Shown piece after piece: positions 46,411-56,143 of a stretch of 64,000 bases of DNA. The position numbers and the translations under genes are program-made. The stretch comes from Patescibacteria group bacterium (GTDB lineage Bacteria; Patescibacteriota; Patescibacteriia; Magasanikbacterales; UBA922), in the NCBI GenBank assembly GCA_041651535.1, contig JBAZIZ010000003.1:83357-147356 (forward strand). Direction: 5' to 3'. The notes under the pieces were generated by a model. It was not told the origin of the DNA. It did no database searches and worked only from the letters and a program-made list of their open reading frames with translations. How positions within the stretch are numbered: position 1 is the first letter of the stretch; each line of letters starts with the position of its first letter.

Positions 46411-47694
46411 TTAACTAACAAGTTTATTTTTTAAGAATTCTACAACTTTTTTATTAGTTAACATATTTTTAACTGACTCTTTTACTTCAGTTTTATTTAA
46501 ATTTTCTAAATACTCTGGGTTTGATTTGTACATATCTTTCATCAAATTCATTTCTTTTTCAAATTCTTCTTCAGATATTTTTATTTCATTATCAATCGCA
46601 ACTTGTCTAGATAAAAGTGCTGCTTTAGCTCTTTTTACAGCTTTGTCTGTAAAATGTTCTTGCAGCTCTTTTTCATCTTTTTTAATATCAGCCATATATT
46701 GTTCTAAAGTAATTCCATTTCTTTCCAAGTCGTTTTGTAATTCATAAAACATGCGAGTTCTTTCATTGTTTACTAAAACTTCTGGAATCTCACCGAACTC
46801 TGATTTATCAATTAAAAGATCAAACATTTCTACTTCAGCCGATTGATCAGCTTTTTGTTCTTTTTCAGTTTTTAAATTTTTAGTTAATAATTCTTTTAAT
46901 TTTTCTAAATTTTCTTGACCAAGAGTTTTTGCAAAAGCATCATTAATTTCTGGTAATTCCATTTCGTAAACTTCTTTTACTTTAATTTTAAATTTTCCAG
47001 TTTTACCAGCTAACATTTTACTATAATAATCTTTTGGGAAAGGCAAATCGAATTCTTTTTCATCATCTTTTTTTAAACCAACTAAATTATCATTAAATCC
47101 AGCAATATGATGTTCTTTTTCTGCTAAATAAACTTGGTAATCTTTTGCTTGTCCGCCTTCTACTGGCACATTATCCAAAGACAAATCCATATCAATAACT
47201 ATTTTATCACTTGCTTCTGCTTTACCTTTTTTTATAATTTCTTTAGCTTGCATTTTTGCTAAATTATCTAAAACTTCTTTTATATCTTTTTCACCAACTT
47301 CTTTTATATCTTTTTTTATTTTAATTTTAGTTAAATCAGCTAATTTAATTTTTGGCAATAAAGCAACTGTGGCTTTAAAAACAACATCATTTCCTGGAGC
47401 AATTTTTTCTACTTTTATTTCTGGCATACCAACAACTTCTATTTTATCTTTAGAAATTGCTTCAAAATAAAATTCTTGAACTATTTTTTCCAAAGCTTCT
47501 TGTAAAATTCCCATCTCACCAAATTCTTTTTTGATCATATCAAAAGGTGCTTTTCCTTTACGGAAACCTTTGATTGCTACACGATCAGAAATTCTTTTAG
47601 CAGCTGATTCCAAATGTTTTTGATATTCTTCAGGTTTTACTGTAATTTCAATTTCCATTTGTGCTTTGTCTAATTTTTTTGTCTTATAATCCAT
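46411..47694 (-). CDS. tig: Trigger factor
   Basis: 427 aa. N-terminal ribosome-binding GFRKGKAP motif, a central PPIase-like domain, and a C-terminal arm. Confidence 0.9.
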   Translation of the reverse strand: MDYKTKKLDKAQMEIEITVKPEEYQKHLESAAKRISDRVAIKGFRKGKAPFDMIKKEFGEMGILQEALEKIVQEFYFEAISKDKIEVVGMPEIKVEKIAPGNDVVFKATVALLPKIKLADLTKIKIKKDIKEVGEKDIKEVLDNLAKMQAKEIIKKGKAEASDKIVIDMDLSLDNVPVEGGQAKDYQVYLAEKEHHIAGFNDNLVGLKKDDEKEFDLPFPKDYYSKMLAGKTGKFKIKVKEVYEMELPEINDAFAKTLGQENLEKLKELLTKNLKTEKEQKADQSAEVEMFDLLIDKSEFGEIPEVLVNNERTRMFYELQNDLERNGITLEQYMADIKKDEKELQEHFTDKAVKRAKAALLSRQVAIDNEIKISEEEFEKEMNLMKDMYKSNPEYLENLNKTEVKESVKNMLTNKKVVEFLKNKLVS

Positions 47695-47801
47695 AAAATC
47701 TATTAAAATTTAATAAATAATTAGATTTAATATAGACTATAAAACGCTTTTTGTCAACTTATGACTTAAAAATAGATTTTTGGCATTTTCTGGTTTTTTT
47801 C

Positions 47802-47830
47802 TTGACAAAATTATTAAAATGATGTATAAA
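47802..47830 (+). promoter_or_regulatory. Sigma70 promoter (TTGACA, 17 nt, TATAAA) for rplA
   Basis: TTGACA at 47802..47807, a 17-nt spacer, TATAAA at 47825..47830. The ~65-nt leader contains CTGTGGGAGTTTAAAA. Confidence 0.5.
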
Positions 47831-47900
47831 TAAAACACTTATTTTAATAACTGTGGGAGTTTAAAATCATTTTTAAACGCTAAACCACTAAAAAAATTCT

Positions 47901-48581
47901 ATGTTATCAAAAAGAATGAAAGACTTAAAAACAAAAGTCGATAAAACCAAGAGCTATTCTATTGAAGAAGCTATAAAATTGGTAAAAGAAACTAGCAATG
48001 TAAAATTTGACGCTTCTGTCGAAGTTCATGCTAATTTAGGTATAGACCCAAAAAAAAGTGATCAACAAATTCGTGCTACTGTTGTTTTGCCTCATGGAAC
48101 AGGAAAAACAAAAAAAATTGCTGCTTTTGTCGGAGCTAATGATGAAAAAGATGCAAAAGAAGCTGGTGCTGATTTTGTTTACTCTGAAGAAGATATCAAA
48201 AAACTTCAAAGTAGTGGAAAAATTGAATTTGATTTAGCAGTTTCTACACCAGAAATGATGCCAAAAATGGCACTTGTTGCTCGTATTCTTGGTCCAAAAG
48301 GACTTATGCCAAACCCAAAAACAGGAACAGTCGATGCAAATGTGAAAAAAATGATTGGAGATTTAAAAAGAGGTAAAACATCTTTTAAAAATGACGACAC
48401 TTCCAATATTCACCAAGTAATTGGAAAAGTAAGTTTTACAGAATCTCAACTAAAAGAAAATTTTGAAACTTTCTTGGAAACTTTAAAAAAGATTAAACCA
48501 ATGAGTTCAAAAGGTATTTATATAAAATCATTATTCTTGACTAGTTCAATGGGACCAAGTATAAAAATAGATGTACAATAA
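47901..48581 (+). CDS. rplA: 50S ribosomal protein L1
   Basis: 226 aa. VEVHANLGIDPKKSDQQIRATVVLPHGTGK is typical L1. It stands alone here with no adjacent rplK. Confidence 0.9.
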   Translation: MLSKRMKDLKTKVDKTKSYSIEEAIKLVKETSNVKFDASVEVHANLGIDPKKSDQQIRATVVLPHGTGKTKKIAAFVGANDEKDAKEAGADFVYSEEDIKKLQSSGKIEFDLAVSTPEMMPKMALVARILGPKGLMPNPKTGTVDANVKKMIGDLKRGKTSFKNDDTSNIHQVIGKVSFTESQLKENFETFLETLKKIKPMSSKGIYIKSLFLTSSMGPSIKIDVQ

Positions 48582-48586
48582 AAATT

Positions 48587-48611
48587 AAAATCCGCTAACA
48601 GCGGATTTTTT
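48587..48611 (+). terminator. Rho-independent terminator after rplA
   Basis: AAAATCCGCT-AACA-GCGGATTTTTTG. Confidence 0.6.
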
Positions 48612-48694
48612 GTTAACTAAAATAAACTTTTTTTAGATTTGCCTAGCTAGTGTTTTTTTGATAAAATAAATAAAATACCTTTAATTTTAAATAT

Positions 48695-49216
48695 ATGGAA
48701 AAAGCTCGGCAAGATGTTCCTTCATGGGATGAATTTTTTATAAAAATAGCTGAAACAGTTTCAAAAAAATCAAAAGATCCTTCAACACAAAATGGTTGTG
48801 TTATAGTAGACAAAAAAAATAAACCTATCTCTTTTGGTTATAATGGTTTTATTAGTGATGCTGATGAAAACAAAATGACTTTTGAAAGACCTATGAAATA
48901 TTTTTTGACAATTCATGCTGAAATGAATGCTATTTTATTTGCTAAAAAAGATTTAGAAGATTGTGTTCTTTATACTCTTTATGCACCGTGTGATAATTGT
49001 CTTAAACATATTATTCAATCAGGCATAAAAAAAATTATCTATAAAAATTATATTGTGGAAAGTAAAAAAACTAATAATGAAAAATATATTGCCAATGAAA
49101 ACACTCGGGAAGCAATTACTAGAATTTTATTATCAAGACCTGATGTAAAATGTTATAATTTAGATGGTAAAACTTTTTTAGAAGAAATGTGGGGAAAAGA
49201 TATTCCAATTTTTTAA
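48695..49216 (+). CDS. dCMP deaminase (cytidine/deoxycytidylate deaminase fold, ComEB-like)
   Basis: 173 aa. Zinc ligands HAEMNAI and YAPCDNC. Confidence 0.8.
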   Translation: MEKARQDVPSWDEFFIKIAETVSKKSKDPSTQNGCVIVDKKNKPISFGYNGFISDADENKMTFERPMKYFLTIHAEMNAILFAKKDLEDCVLYTLYAPCDNCLKHIIQSGIKKIIYKNYIVESKKTNNEKYIANENTREAITRILLSRPDVKCYNLDGKTFLEEMWGKDIPIF

Positions 49217-49233
49217 TTTTTAAATAATACTTT

Positions 49234-49785
49234 ATGAAAAAAATAATTTTAGGTTTTACTGGTTTAATGGCTAGCGGAAAAGATACTTGCGCCGATTATT
49301 TAGAAAATAAATATGGTGGAAAAAATTATAGTTTTTCCACCATGCTTGCTGATGTTCTAAAAAGATATCATTTAGAAATCAATCGTGATAATCTCATAAA
49401 AATTTCAGAAGCGATGCGCACAACTTTTGGAGAAGATATTTTAGCAAAAACTATGGCATATGATTTAGAAAAAGATGATCATAAAATAGTATCCACCTCA
49501 AATGTTCGCCGTATGGCTGATATAAAATATTTATCAAAATTACCAAATTTTGTTTTGGTGACAATAGAAGCTGATCCAAAAATTCGTTACGAAAGACTTG
49601 TTAAAAGAGGACAAAGAAGTGATGAATTTAATAAAACTTATGAAGAATTCTTAGCTGATCATAAACGTTCAACCGAAATTACCATAATAGATACAATGGC
49701 TCAAGCTACAGAAAAAATAGACAATAACGGTAATATTGAGGAATTATATTCTCAGGTTGATGCAATCTTAAAAAAATATCAATAA
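49234..49785 (+). CDS. P-loop nucleotide kinase, phage T4 gp1-type dNMP kinase-like (alternatively dephospho-CoA-kinase-like)
   Basis: 183 aa. N-terminal KIILGFTGLMASGKDTCADYL resembles the T4 gp1 start (LIFLSGVKRSGKDTTADFI, from memory). Sits inside a pyrimidine-nucleotide gene cluster. Confidence 0.5.
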   Translation: MKKIILGFTGLMASGKDTCADYLENKYGGKNYSFSTMLADVLKRYHLEINRDNLIKISEAMRTTFGEDILAKTMAYDLEKDDHKIVSTSNVRRMADIKYLSKLPNFVLVTIEADPKIRYERLVKRGQRSDEFNKTYEEFLADHKRSTEITIIDTMAQATEKIDNNGNIEELYSQVDAILKKYQ

Positions 49786-49801
49786 TTATTAAAATAAAAA
49801 T

Positions 49802-50668
49802 ATGGATGCTTATTTAAAAATTGTTAAAAATATTTTAGAAAATGGTGAAAGAAAACCAAATCGCACTGGAGTTGATACGATTGCTCTTGCTGGAGCTTTT
49901 TTCGAACATGATATGAGTGAAGGTTTTCCTATTTTAACCACAAAAAAAGTTCCTTTTAGACTGCCTGCTAGTGAATTAGAATTTTTTATTAAAGGATTAA
50001 CTGATAAAAAATGGCTGCAAGATAGAAATAATCATATTTGGGATGAATGGTGCAGTCCAAAAAAAGTTCCTTATGGACATGACGAAGAAACTAAGAAAAA
50101 AATGGCTGAAGAAAGAGAGCTTGGCCCAATTTATGGTTTTCAATGGCGTCATTTCAATGCTGAATATACAAATTTTGATACTAATTATGAAGGAAAAGGA
50201 ATTGACCAATTAAAAAATGTTGTGGAAACATTGAAAAAAAATCCAACAGACAGACGAATGATAATTAGTTCATGGAATCCATGCCAATCTGGAGAAATGG
50301 CTTTACCACCATGTTATATAGCTTCTCAAATAACAGTGATCGGAGACAAAATCAATTTACTTTGGAACCAAAGATCTGTAGATGTTATGATCGGTTTACC
50401 TTTTGATATAGTAAGCCATGCTTTGCTTTTACATTTACTTGCCAAAGAAACAGGTCTAAAAGAAGGACGTTTAGTTGGATTTTTAGGTGATGCTCATATT
50501 TATGAAAACCATATTGAGGGTGCAAAAGAACAACTAAATAGAATTCCAAAAAAATTACCAACAATTAGTACTGAAAATTTTACTTCAATTTTTGATTGGC
50601 AATATACAGATTCTAAAATTTTAAATTACGATAGTCATGAAGCAATTAAATTTGATATTGCTGTTTAA
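49802..50668 (+). CDS. thyA: Thymidylate synthase (ThyA) family enzyme with Asn-to-Asp substitution at the pyrimidine-specificity position (dCMP-type signature)
   Basis: 288 aa. ThyA motifs NRTG, WDEW, YGFQWR, DRRMIISSWN, ALPPC (catalytic Cys), NQRSVD, GDAHIY, and a conserved C-terminal tail. At the position of E. coli N177 (LPFNIAS) it has GLPFDIVSH, with the Asp codon GAT at 50405..50407. Confidence 0.85.
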   Translation: MDAYLKIVKNILENGERKPNRTGVDTIALAGAFFEHDMSEGFPILTTKKVPFRLPASELEFFIKGLTDKKWLQDRNNHIWDEWCSPKKVPYGHDEETKKKMAEERELGPIYGFQWRHFNAEYTNFDTNYEGKGIDQLKNVVETLKKNPTDRRMIISSWNPCQSGEMALPPCYIASQITVIGDKINLLWNQRSVDVMIGLPFDIVSHALLLHLLAKETGLKEGRLVGFLGDAHIYENHIEGAKEQLNRIPKKLPTISTENFTSIFDWQYTDSKILNYDSHEAIKFDIAV

Positions 50669-50684
50669 TTTTATCTTTTATTTT

Positions 50685-51167
50685 ATGATTTCAATTATAG
50701 TAGCCATTGCTGACAATTATTGTATCGGTAAAAATAACAAGATCCCTTGGCACATTCCAGAAGATTTTAAATATTTTAAAGAAAAAACATTAGGAAAAAC
50801 TGTTATTATGGGCGCTAATACTTTTGAATCAATTACAGGCTATCTTAAAAAACCTTTGCCAGATAGAAAAAGTTTAGTTTTAAATAAAGATTTAAATTAT
50901 CAAGTGCCTGAAGGTGTTTTTGTCTTTGATTCAATTCCTAAAGCTCTTGATTTTTGTAAAAATGAAGACGAAGTTTTTTTTATCGGTGGAGCTAGTGTTT
51001 ATCGCCAAGCAATGGAATTTGCTGACAGACTTTATATTACTGAAGTACACCAAAATGTAGATGGCGATACTTTTTTCCCAGAAATAGACAAAAATATTTG
51101 GCAAGAAATAAGTCGTGATGATAAAGATGGTTTTTCTTTTGTCATTTACGAGAGAATAAAAAAATAA
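50685..51167 (+). CDS. folA: Dihydrofolate reductase
   Basis: MISIIVAIADNYCIGKNNKIPWHIPEDFKYFKEKT... and GGASVY. Start set at ATG 50685 to avoid overlap with thyA. The track ORF starts at 50637. Confidence 0.8.
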   Translation: MISIIVAIADNYCIGKNNKIPWHIPEDFKYFKEKTLGKTVIMGANTFESITGYLKKPLPDRKSLVLNKDLNYQVPEGVFVFDSIPKALDFCKNEDEVFFIGGASVYRQAMEFADRLYITEVHQNVDGDTFFPEIDKNIWQEISRDDKDGFSFVIYERIKK

Positions 51168-51176
51168 TTTAATTCT

Positions 51177-51881
51177 ATGTTTATAATACTTGATGGAATT
51201 GATGGTTCAGGCAAAGGCACTATTATAAAAGAATGGCAAAAATATTTTGAATCACAAAATAAAAAAATTTTTAATCTAAAAGAATTTTGGCGTATAAATA
51301 ATCGTCATCCTGAATTTGAAGAAATAAAAAATTTTGATGTTCTCTTTTCTGCTGAACCAACTTATGTTGGCGTTGGCGAAATAATTCGCAAAGAATTAAT
51401 AAAAAATGGAAATGATTATAGTCCAACTACAATCGCCCATGCTTATGCTTTGGATAGATTGGTTCTTTATAAAAAAATTATAATACCTTTTTTACAAATG
51501 AATAAAATTGTTATCAAAGATCGCAGTGTAAGTACTTCTCTTTGTTATCAACCGTTGCAAGATGGTTCAATTACAATTGATGAAGTAGCTAAAATTGAAG
51601 GAAATGAATTTGCTTTAAAAAACGCTCCTGATTATTTAATTATCGCCGACTTGCCTGCTACTGAAGCTATCAAAAGATTGTTTGAAAGAACTAACGAAAA
51701 AGACGATGCTTTGTTTGAAAAAAAAGAATTTTTAGAAAAAGCACGCACAACTTTTTTAAGTGAAAATTATCAAAAATTTTTCACTGACCGAGGAACAAAA
51801 ATAAAAATCTTTAATTCTAATCAAAATATTGATATAATGAAAACAGAAAGTATCAATTTGCTTTTAAATTTAATAAGTTAA
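51177..51881 (+). CDS. tmk: Thymidylate kinase
   Basis: 234 aa. P-loop LDGIDGSGKGT and DRSVSTSLCYQ (DRY-like motif). Confidence 0.8.
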   Translation: MFIILDGIDGSGKGTIIKEWQKYFESQNKKIFNLKEFWRINNRHPEFEEIKNFDVLFSAEPTYVGVGEIIRKELIKNGNDYSPTTIAHAYALDRLVLYKKIIIPFLQMNKIVIKDRSVSTSLCYQPLQDGSITIDEVAKIEGNEFALKNAPDYLIIADLPATEAIKRLFERTNEKDDALFEKKEFLEKARTTFLSENYQKFFTDRGTKIKIFNSNQNIDIMKTESINLLLNLIS

Positions 51882-51885
51882 TCTT

Positions 51886-52644
51886 ATGCTTATCTCTCCT
51901 TTAGCTATTTTAAAATCCTCTCTTGAGCTTTTTAAAAAACATAGTGGCATTTTTCTAAAATATTCTGCAGTAATTTTTATCCCTTCTTTTATTTTGATGA
52001 TAGTCCAATATTCACTCAGTTATTTTATTTTATTTTTAGGAAATGCTTTTTTAGCTTTTGCTTTATATTTATTTTTATCACTTAGTATTTCTTTAGCTAG
52101 TATTTGGATCAGTTTATCTCTCATTAAAACTATTGCCAAAATCTATGAAAATCAATTACCAAATTTTAGCGAAAGTTTTAATCAAACAGCAAATTCAATT
52201 CTTTCTTCTATTTGGGCTTATGTTTTGATTTTTTTAGCAGTTTTTGGTGGATTGATTTTATTTATAATTCCAGGAATAATATTTGCGATTTGGTTTTCTT
52301 TTGCTATTCAAGCAGTCGTTTTAGACGAGAAAAAAGGAGTTGAGTCTTTGAAACAAAGTAAAAAATTAGTAGAAAAAAGATGGTGGCAAACTTTTTGGAG
52401 AATTTTTATTCCAGCTTTGTTTTTTACTTTAATTATTGTAATTTTTGAATGGTTTTTTGCTTTAATTTTAGGAGTAAAGGACGAAACAGTCTTAAATTTA
52501 CCAACTTTTATTTACTTGGTTTTAATTATGATTTTAAGTTCTTTTGTAACTCCGTTTGCTACTAGTGCTATGACAATTTTGTATTTGGAACTTAAAAAAA
52601 ATCCGGTCAAAAAAGAATTAGTTGATGAAAGTCTAACAAATTAA
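51886..52644 (+). CDS. Hypothetical polytopic membrane protein
   Basis: 252 aa, about 6 TM. No motif recognised. Confidence 0.5.
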   Translation: MLISPLAILKSSLELFKKHSGIFLKYSAVIFIPSFILMIVQYSLSYFILFLGNAFLAFALYLFLSLSISLASIWISLSLIKTIAKIYENQLPNFSESFNQTANSILSSIWAYVLIFLAVFGGLILFIIPGIIFAIWFSFAIQAVVLDEKKGVESLKQSKKLVEKRWWQTFWRIFIPALFFTLIIVIFEWFFALILGVKDETVLNLPTFIYLVLIMILSSFVTPFATSAMTILYLELKKNPVKKELVDESLTN

Positions 52645-52734
52645 AATTTTAGATTTAAAAAATTAAAATACTCTTTTAAAAAGGAGTATTTTTTTTCTTG
52701 AAAAAAGTCTTATTTTTTTGTATAATTAAACAAT

Positions 52735-53040
52735 ATGAAAATAAATAAAGAAACAATTGAACATATTGCTAAATTAGCAAGATTAAATTTAACAGAATTC
52801 GAAAAAACTAAATATGCTGAGGAACTTTCAGTAGTTTTTGATTATATTGAAGATTTAAATAAAATTGATACTGAAAATATCAGTGAAACTTTTCAGGTTG
52901 TCGATTTAAAAAATATTGTCCGAGATGATAAAACAAAAAAAACAAATTTAGAACAACGAAAAAAAATAATAGAAAATTTTCCAGAAAAAGAAATGAATTT
53001 ATTAAAAGTAAAAACTGTTTTTGACAATCTTGATGAATAA
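52735..53040 (+). CDS. gatC: Asp/Glu-tRNA amidotransferase subunit C
   Basis: 101 aa. IEHIAKLARLNLTEFE... Confidence 0.85.
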   Translation: MKINKETIEHIAKLARLNLTEFEKTKYAEELSVVFDYIEDLNKIDTENISETFQVVDLKNIVRDDKTKKTNLEQRKKIIENFPEKEMNLLKVKTVFDNLDE

Positions 53041-53042
53041 TT

Positions 53043-54476
53043 ATGAATTTAAAAAAATTAACAATTAAAACTGCCCATGAAGGTTTAATTACAAAAAAAT
53101 TTACTGATTTTGAATTAGTTAAAGCCTATTTAAAACAAATTAAAAAACAAAATAAAAAAATAAACGCTTTTATTACTTTAAATGATGAAGAAGCTCTTAA
53201 TTTAGCAAAAAAAATTGATGAAAAAATAAAAAATAAAGAAAAAATAAATATTTTAGAAGGTATTCCTTTTGGTCTTAAAGATGCAATTTGTAGTAAAGAT
53301 TTAAGATCAACTGCTGGCGCAAAAATTTTAGATAATTACAAACCATCTTATGAAGCGACAGTAGTTAAAAAATTAAAAAATGCTGGAGCAATACTTATTG
53401 GCAAACAAAATTGTGATGCTTTCGGACATGGTGCTAGTAATGAACATTCTATGTATGGGCCAGTAAAAAATCCACATAATTTAAAAAAGGTGGCTGGTGG
53501 TTCTTCTGGTGGTTCAGCAGCAGCCGTAGCTGCTAACATGTGTTTGTTTTCTCTTGGAGAAGATACTGGCGGTTCTATCAGACAACCGGCTTCTCTCTGC
53601 GGAATTGTTGGTTTCCGACCAAGTTATGGTAGAAATTCTCGTTATGGAGTAATGCCAATGGCTAGTTCTTTTGATGTTGTTGGTCCATTTGCAAAAAATG
53701 TTGAGGATATATCTTATATTATGGAAATTATTGCGGGTCAAGACAAAAAAGATGCAACTACAATCAAAAAAGCTGTGCCAAAATATTCTACGGAAATAAA
53801 AAAAGAATTAAAAAGTCTAAAAATTGGAATTCCAAAAGAATATTTTGAAATGTCAGGACTAGATTTAGAAACTAAAAAAATAATTGAAGAAAAAATAAAA
53901 AAAATTGAAAAACAAGGTCATAAAATAATAAATATTTCTTTGCCTTTATCAAAATATGCTTTGCCTGTTTATTACATTTTAGTTCCAAGTGAAGATAGTT
54001 CAAATTTAGCTAGAATTGATAGTATTCGTTATGGAATTCGTGAAGAAAATACACAAAATCTTTATGATTTATATGCAAAATCAAGACAAAATGGACTTGA
54101 AGAGGAAGTAAAAAGAAGAATTATGATCGGTACTTTTGCTTTATCTGCCGGCTATTTTGATGCTTATTATAAAAAAGCTATGAAAGTTCGCACTCTGATT
54201 ATCAAAGAATTCCAAAATGCTTTTGAAAATGTTGATTTTATTTTAACTCCGACATCCCCTTTTCCAGCTTTTGATTTAGGTGGAAAAAAAGATGATGTTC
54301 TCGCAATGTACAGTGCTGATATTTTTGTTTGTCCACCTGCTGTGGCTGGTTTACCAGCAATTTCAATTCCAGTTGGTAAAACAAAAAAGAAATTGCCTGT
54401 TGGTTTACAAATTATTGGCAAACAATTTGCTGACAGCGAAGTTTTACGAGTAGCTTATAATTTTGAAAATAAATAA
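53043..54476 (+). CDS. gatA: Asp/Glu-tRNA amidotransferase subunit A (amidase)
   Basis: 477 aa. Amidase signature GGSSGGSAAAVAA, plus a Ser-cisSer-Lys triad context. Confidence 0.9.
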   Translation: MNLKKLTIKTAHEGLITKKFTDFELVKAYLKQIKKQNKKINAFITLNDEEALNLAKKIDEKIKNKEKINILEGIPFGLKDAICSKDLRSTAGAKILDNYKPSYEATVVKKLKNAGAILIGKQNCDAFGHGASNEHSMYGPVKNPHNLKKVAGGSSGGSAAAVAANMCLFSLGEDTGGSIRQPASLCGIVGFRPSYGRNSRYGVMPMASSFDVVGPFAKNVEDISYIMEIIAGQDKKDATTIKKAVPKYSTEIKKELKSLKIGIPKEYFEMSGLDLETKKIIEEKIKKIEKQGHKIINISLPLSKYALPVYYILVPSEDSSNLARIDSIRYGIREENTQNLYDLYAKSRQNGLEEEVKRRIMIGTFALSAGYFDAYYKKAMKVRTLIIKEFQNAFENVDFILTPTSPFPAFDLGGKKDDVLAMYSADIFVCPPAVAGLPAISIPVGKTKKKLPVGLQIIGKQFADSEVLRVAYNFENK

Positions 54477-56010
54477 TTTTATGAAATATACAGCCATAAT
54501 CGGAATGGAAGTTCATGTGCAATTAAAAACTAAAAGTAAAATGTTTTGTGATTGTAAAAACGATTTAAATGAAAATGAGGCTAACAAAAATATTTGTGAA
54601 ATATGTTTAGCTGAACCAGGAACATTACCAACTGTAAACAAACAAGCAATTGATTGGGGAGTTTTGATTGCAAAAGCTTTAAATTGTCAGATTGCTGAAA
54701 AATCAAAATTTGATCGCAAACATTATTTTTATCCTGATTTAGCAAAAGGTTATCAAATTTCTCAAGCTGATGAACCAATTGGCGAACATGGATTTATAGA
54801 ATTAGATTTTCCTTTAGAAAATGAAATTAGAAACACTGCAAAAATAAATATTACAAGAGTCCATTTAGAAGAAGACACCGCAAAATTGACTCATGATTCA
54901 AATAAAAATACACTAATAGATTTTAACCGTGCGGGAACCCCACTTATAGAAATAGTTTCTGATCCAGATTTTAAAACTGCTTTAGAAGCCAAAACTTATT
55001 TACAAGAATTGCGTTCCCTACTTCGTTATTTAGGAGTCAGTGACGCTGAGATGGAAAAAGGACAAATGCGTTGTGAAGCTAATATTTCTGTACAAGAAAC
55101 AGGAAAATTTGAAATTGAAAATGGTAAAGTAGTTGCTTTAGGCAATTATAAATTAAACAATAAAGTTGAATTAAAAAATTTAAATTCTTTTAAAGCTGTT
55201 GAAAAAGGTATAAATTATGAAATAAAAAGACAAACCGATTTATTAGAAAAAGGAGAATTTTGGATTCAACAAACCCGAGGTTGGGATGAAAAAAAAGAAG
55301 AAACATTTTTACAAAGAGTAAAAGAAAGTGCGGCTGATTATCGTTATTTTCCTGAACCCGATTTACCACCATTTGAACCAAAAAAATTTTTTATTTCTAC
55401 TGTGCCAGAATTACCGATACAAAAAAGAAAAAGATTTGTCAGCGAATATGATTTTTCTTATGCTGATGCAAAAATTTTAAGTGACGAAAAAAAATTAGCA
55501 GATTTTACAGAAAATATTATGACAGAAATTTTTGCTTGGTTAGAAAAAACAAATGATTTAGAAAATTTTTCTGTACAAAAACAAAAAGTTGCTCGCCTCG
55601 TCGGACCATGGATAACCAATAAACTTTTTGGGCTCATGGCTGAAAAAAATTTAAAATTAAAAGATATAAAATTTTCTGCAGAAAATTTTGCTGAACTTAT
55701 TTCTTTAATTTATACAGAAAAAATTAACCAAACTAATGCTTTAAAAGTTTTAGAAGAAATGCTAACTAAAAAAACTGATATTGACCCAAGTCATATTATG
55801 GAAGAAAAAGGTTACGGACAAATAAAAGATGAAAATAAAATTGGAAATGCAGTTGAAGAAGTTATAAAATCTTACCCAAAACAAGTAGAAGAATATAAAA
55901 ATGGTAAAGAAGCTATTTTGAAATTTTTAATTGGTATGGTTATGAAAGCTAGTGAAGGTACGGCTGACCCATTTGTTGTAGAAAAAATATTAAAAGAAAA
56001 ACTGGGGTAA
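54463..56010 (+). CDS. gatB: Asp/Glu-tRNA amidotransferase subunit B
   Basis: 515 aa. IGMEVHVQLKTKSKMFCDC and a C-terminal GatB/YqeY domain. Overlaps gatA by 14 nt. Confidence 0.9.
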   Translation: MKINNFMKYTAIIGMEVHVQLKTKSKMFCDCKNDLNENEANKNICEICLAEPGTLPTVNKQAIDWGVLIAKALNCQIAEKSKFDRKHYFYPDLAKGYQISQADEPIGEHGFIELDFPLENEIRNTAKINITRVHLEEDTAKLTHDSNKNTLIDFNRAGTPLIEIVSDPDFKTALEAKTYLQELRSLLRYLGVSDAEMEKGQMRCEANISVQETGKFEIENGKVVALGNYKLNNKVELKNLNSFKAVEKGINYEIKRQTDLLEKGEFWIQQTRGWDEKKEETFLQRVKESAADYRYFPEPDLPPFEPKKFFISTVPELPIQKRKRFVSEYDFSYADAKILSDEKKLADFTENIMTEIFAWLEKTNDLENFSVQKQKVARLVGPWITNKLFGLMAEKNLKLKDIKFSAENFAELISLIYTEKINQTNALKVLEEMLTKKTDIDPSHIMEEKGYGQIKDENKIGNAVEEVIKSYPKQVEEYKNGKEAILKFLIGMVMKASEGTADPFVVEKILKEKLG

Positions 56011-56143
56011 ACTGGCAAACAAATTTTAGAATATTGTATATTTGTCTTTGGACATTTGACTTTGTCTGTGTTATAATAAATAAGTTGAAAAAAACAAAAA
56101 CCTGTCAATTAATGGTTTTTTTATTTGCTTAAAAATTAAAAAT

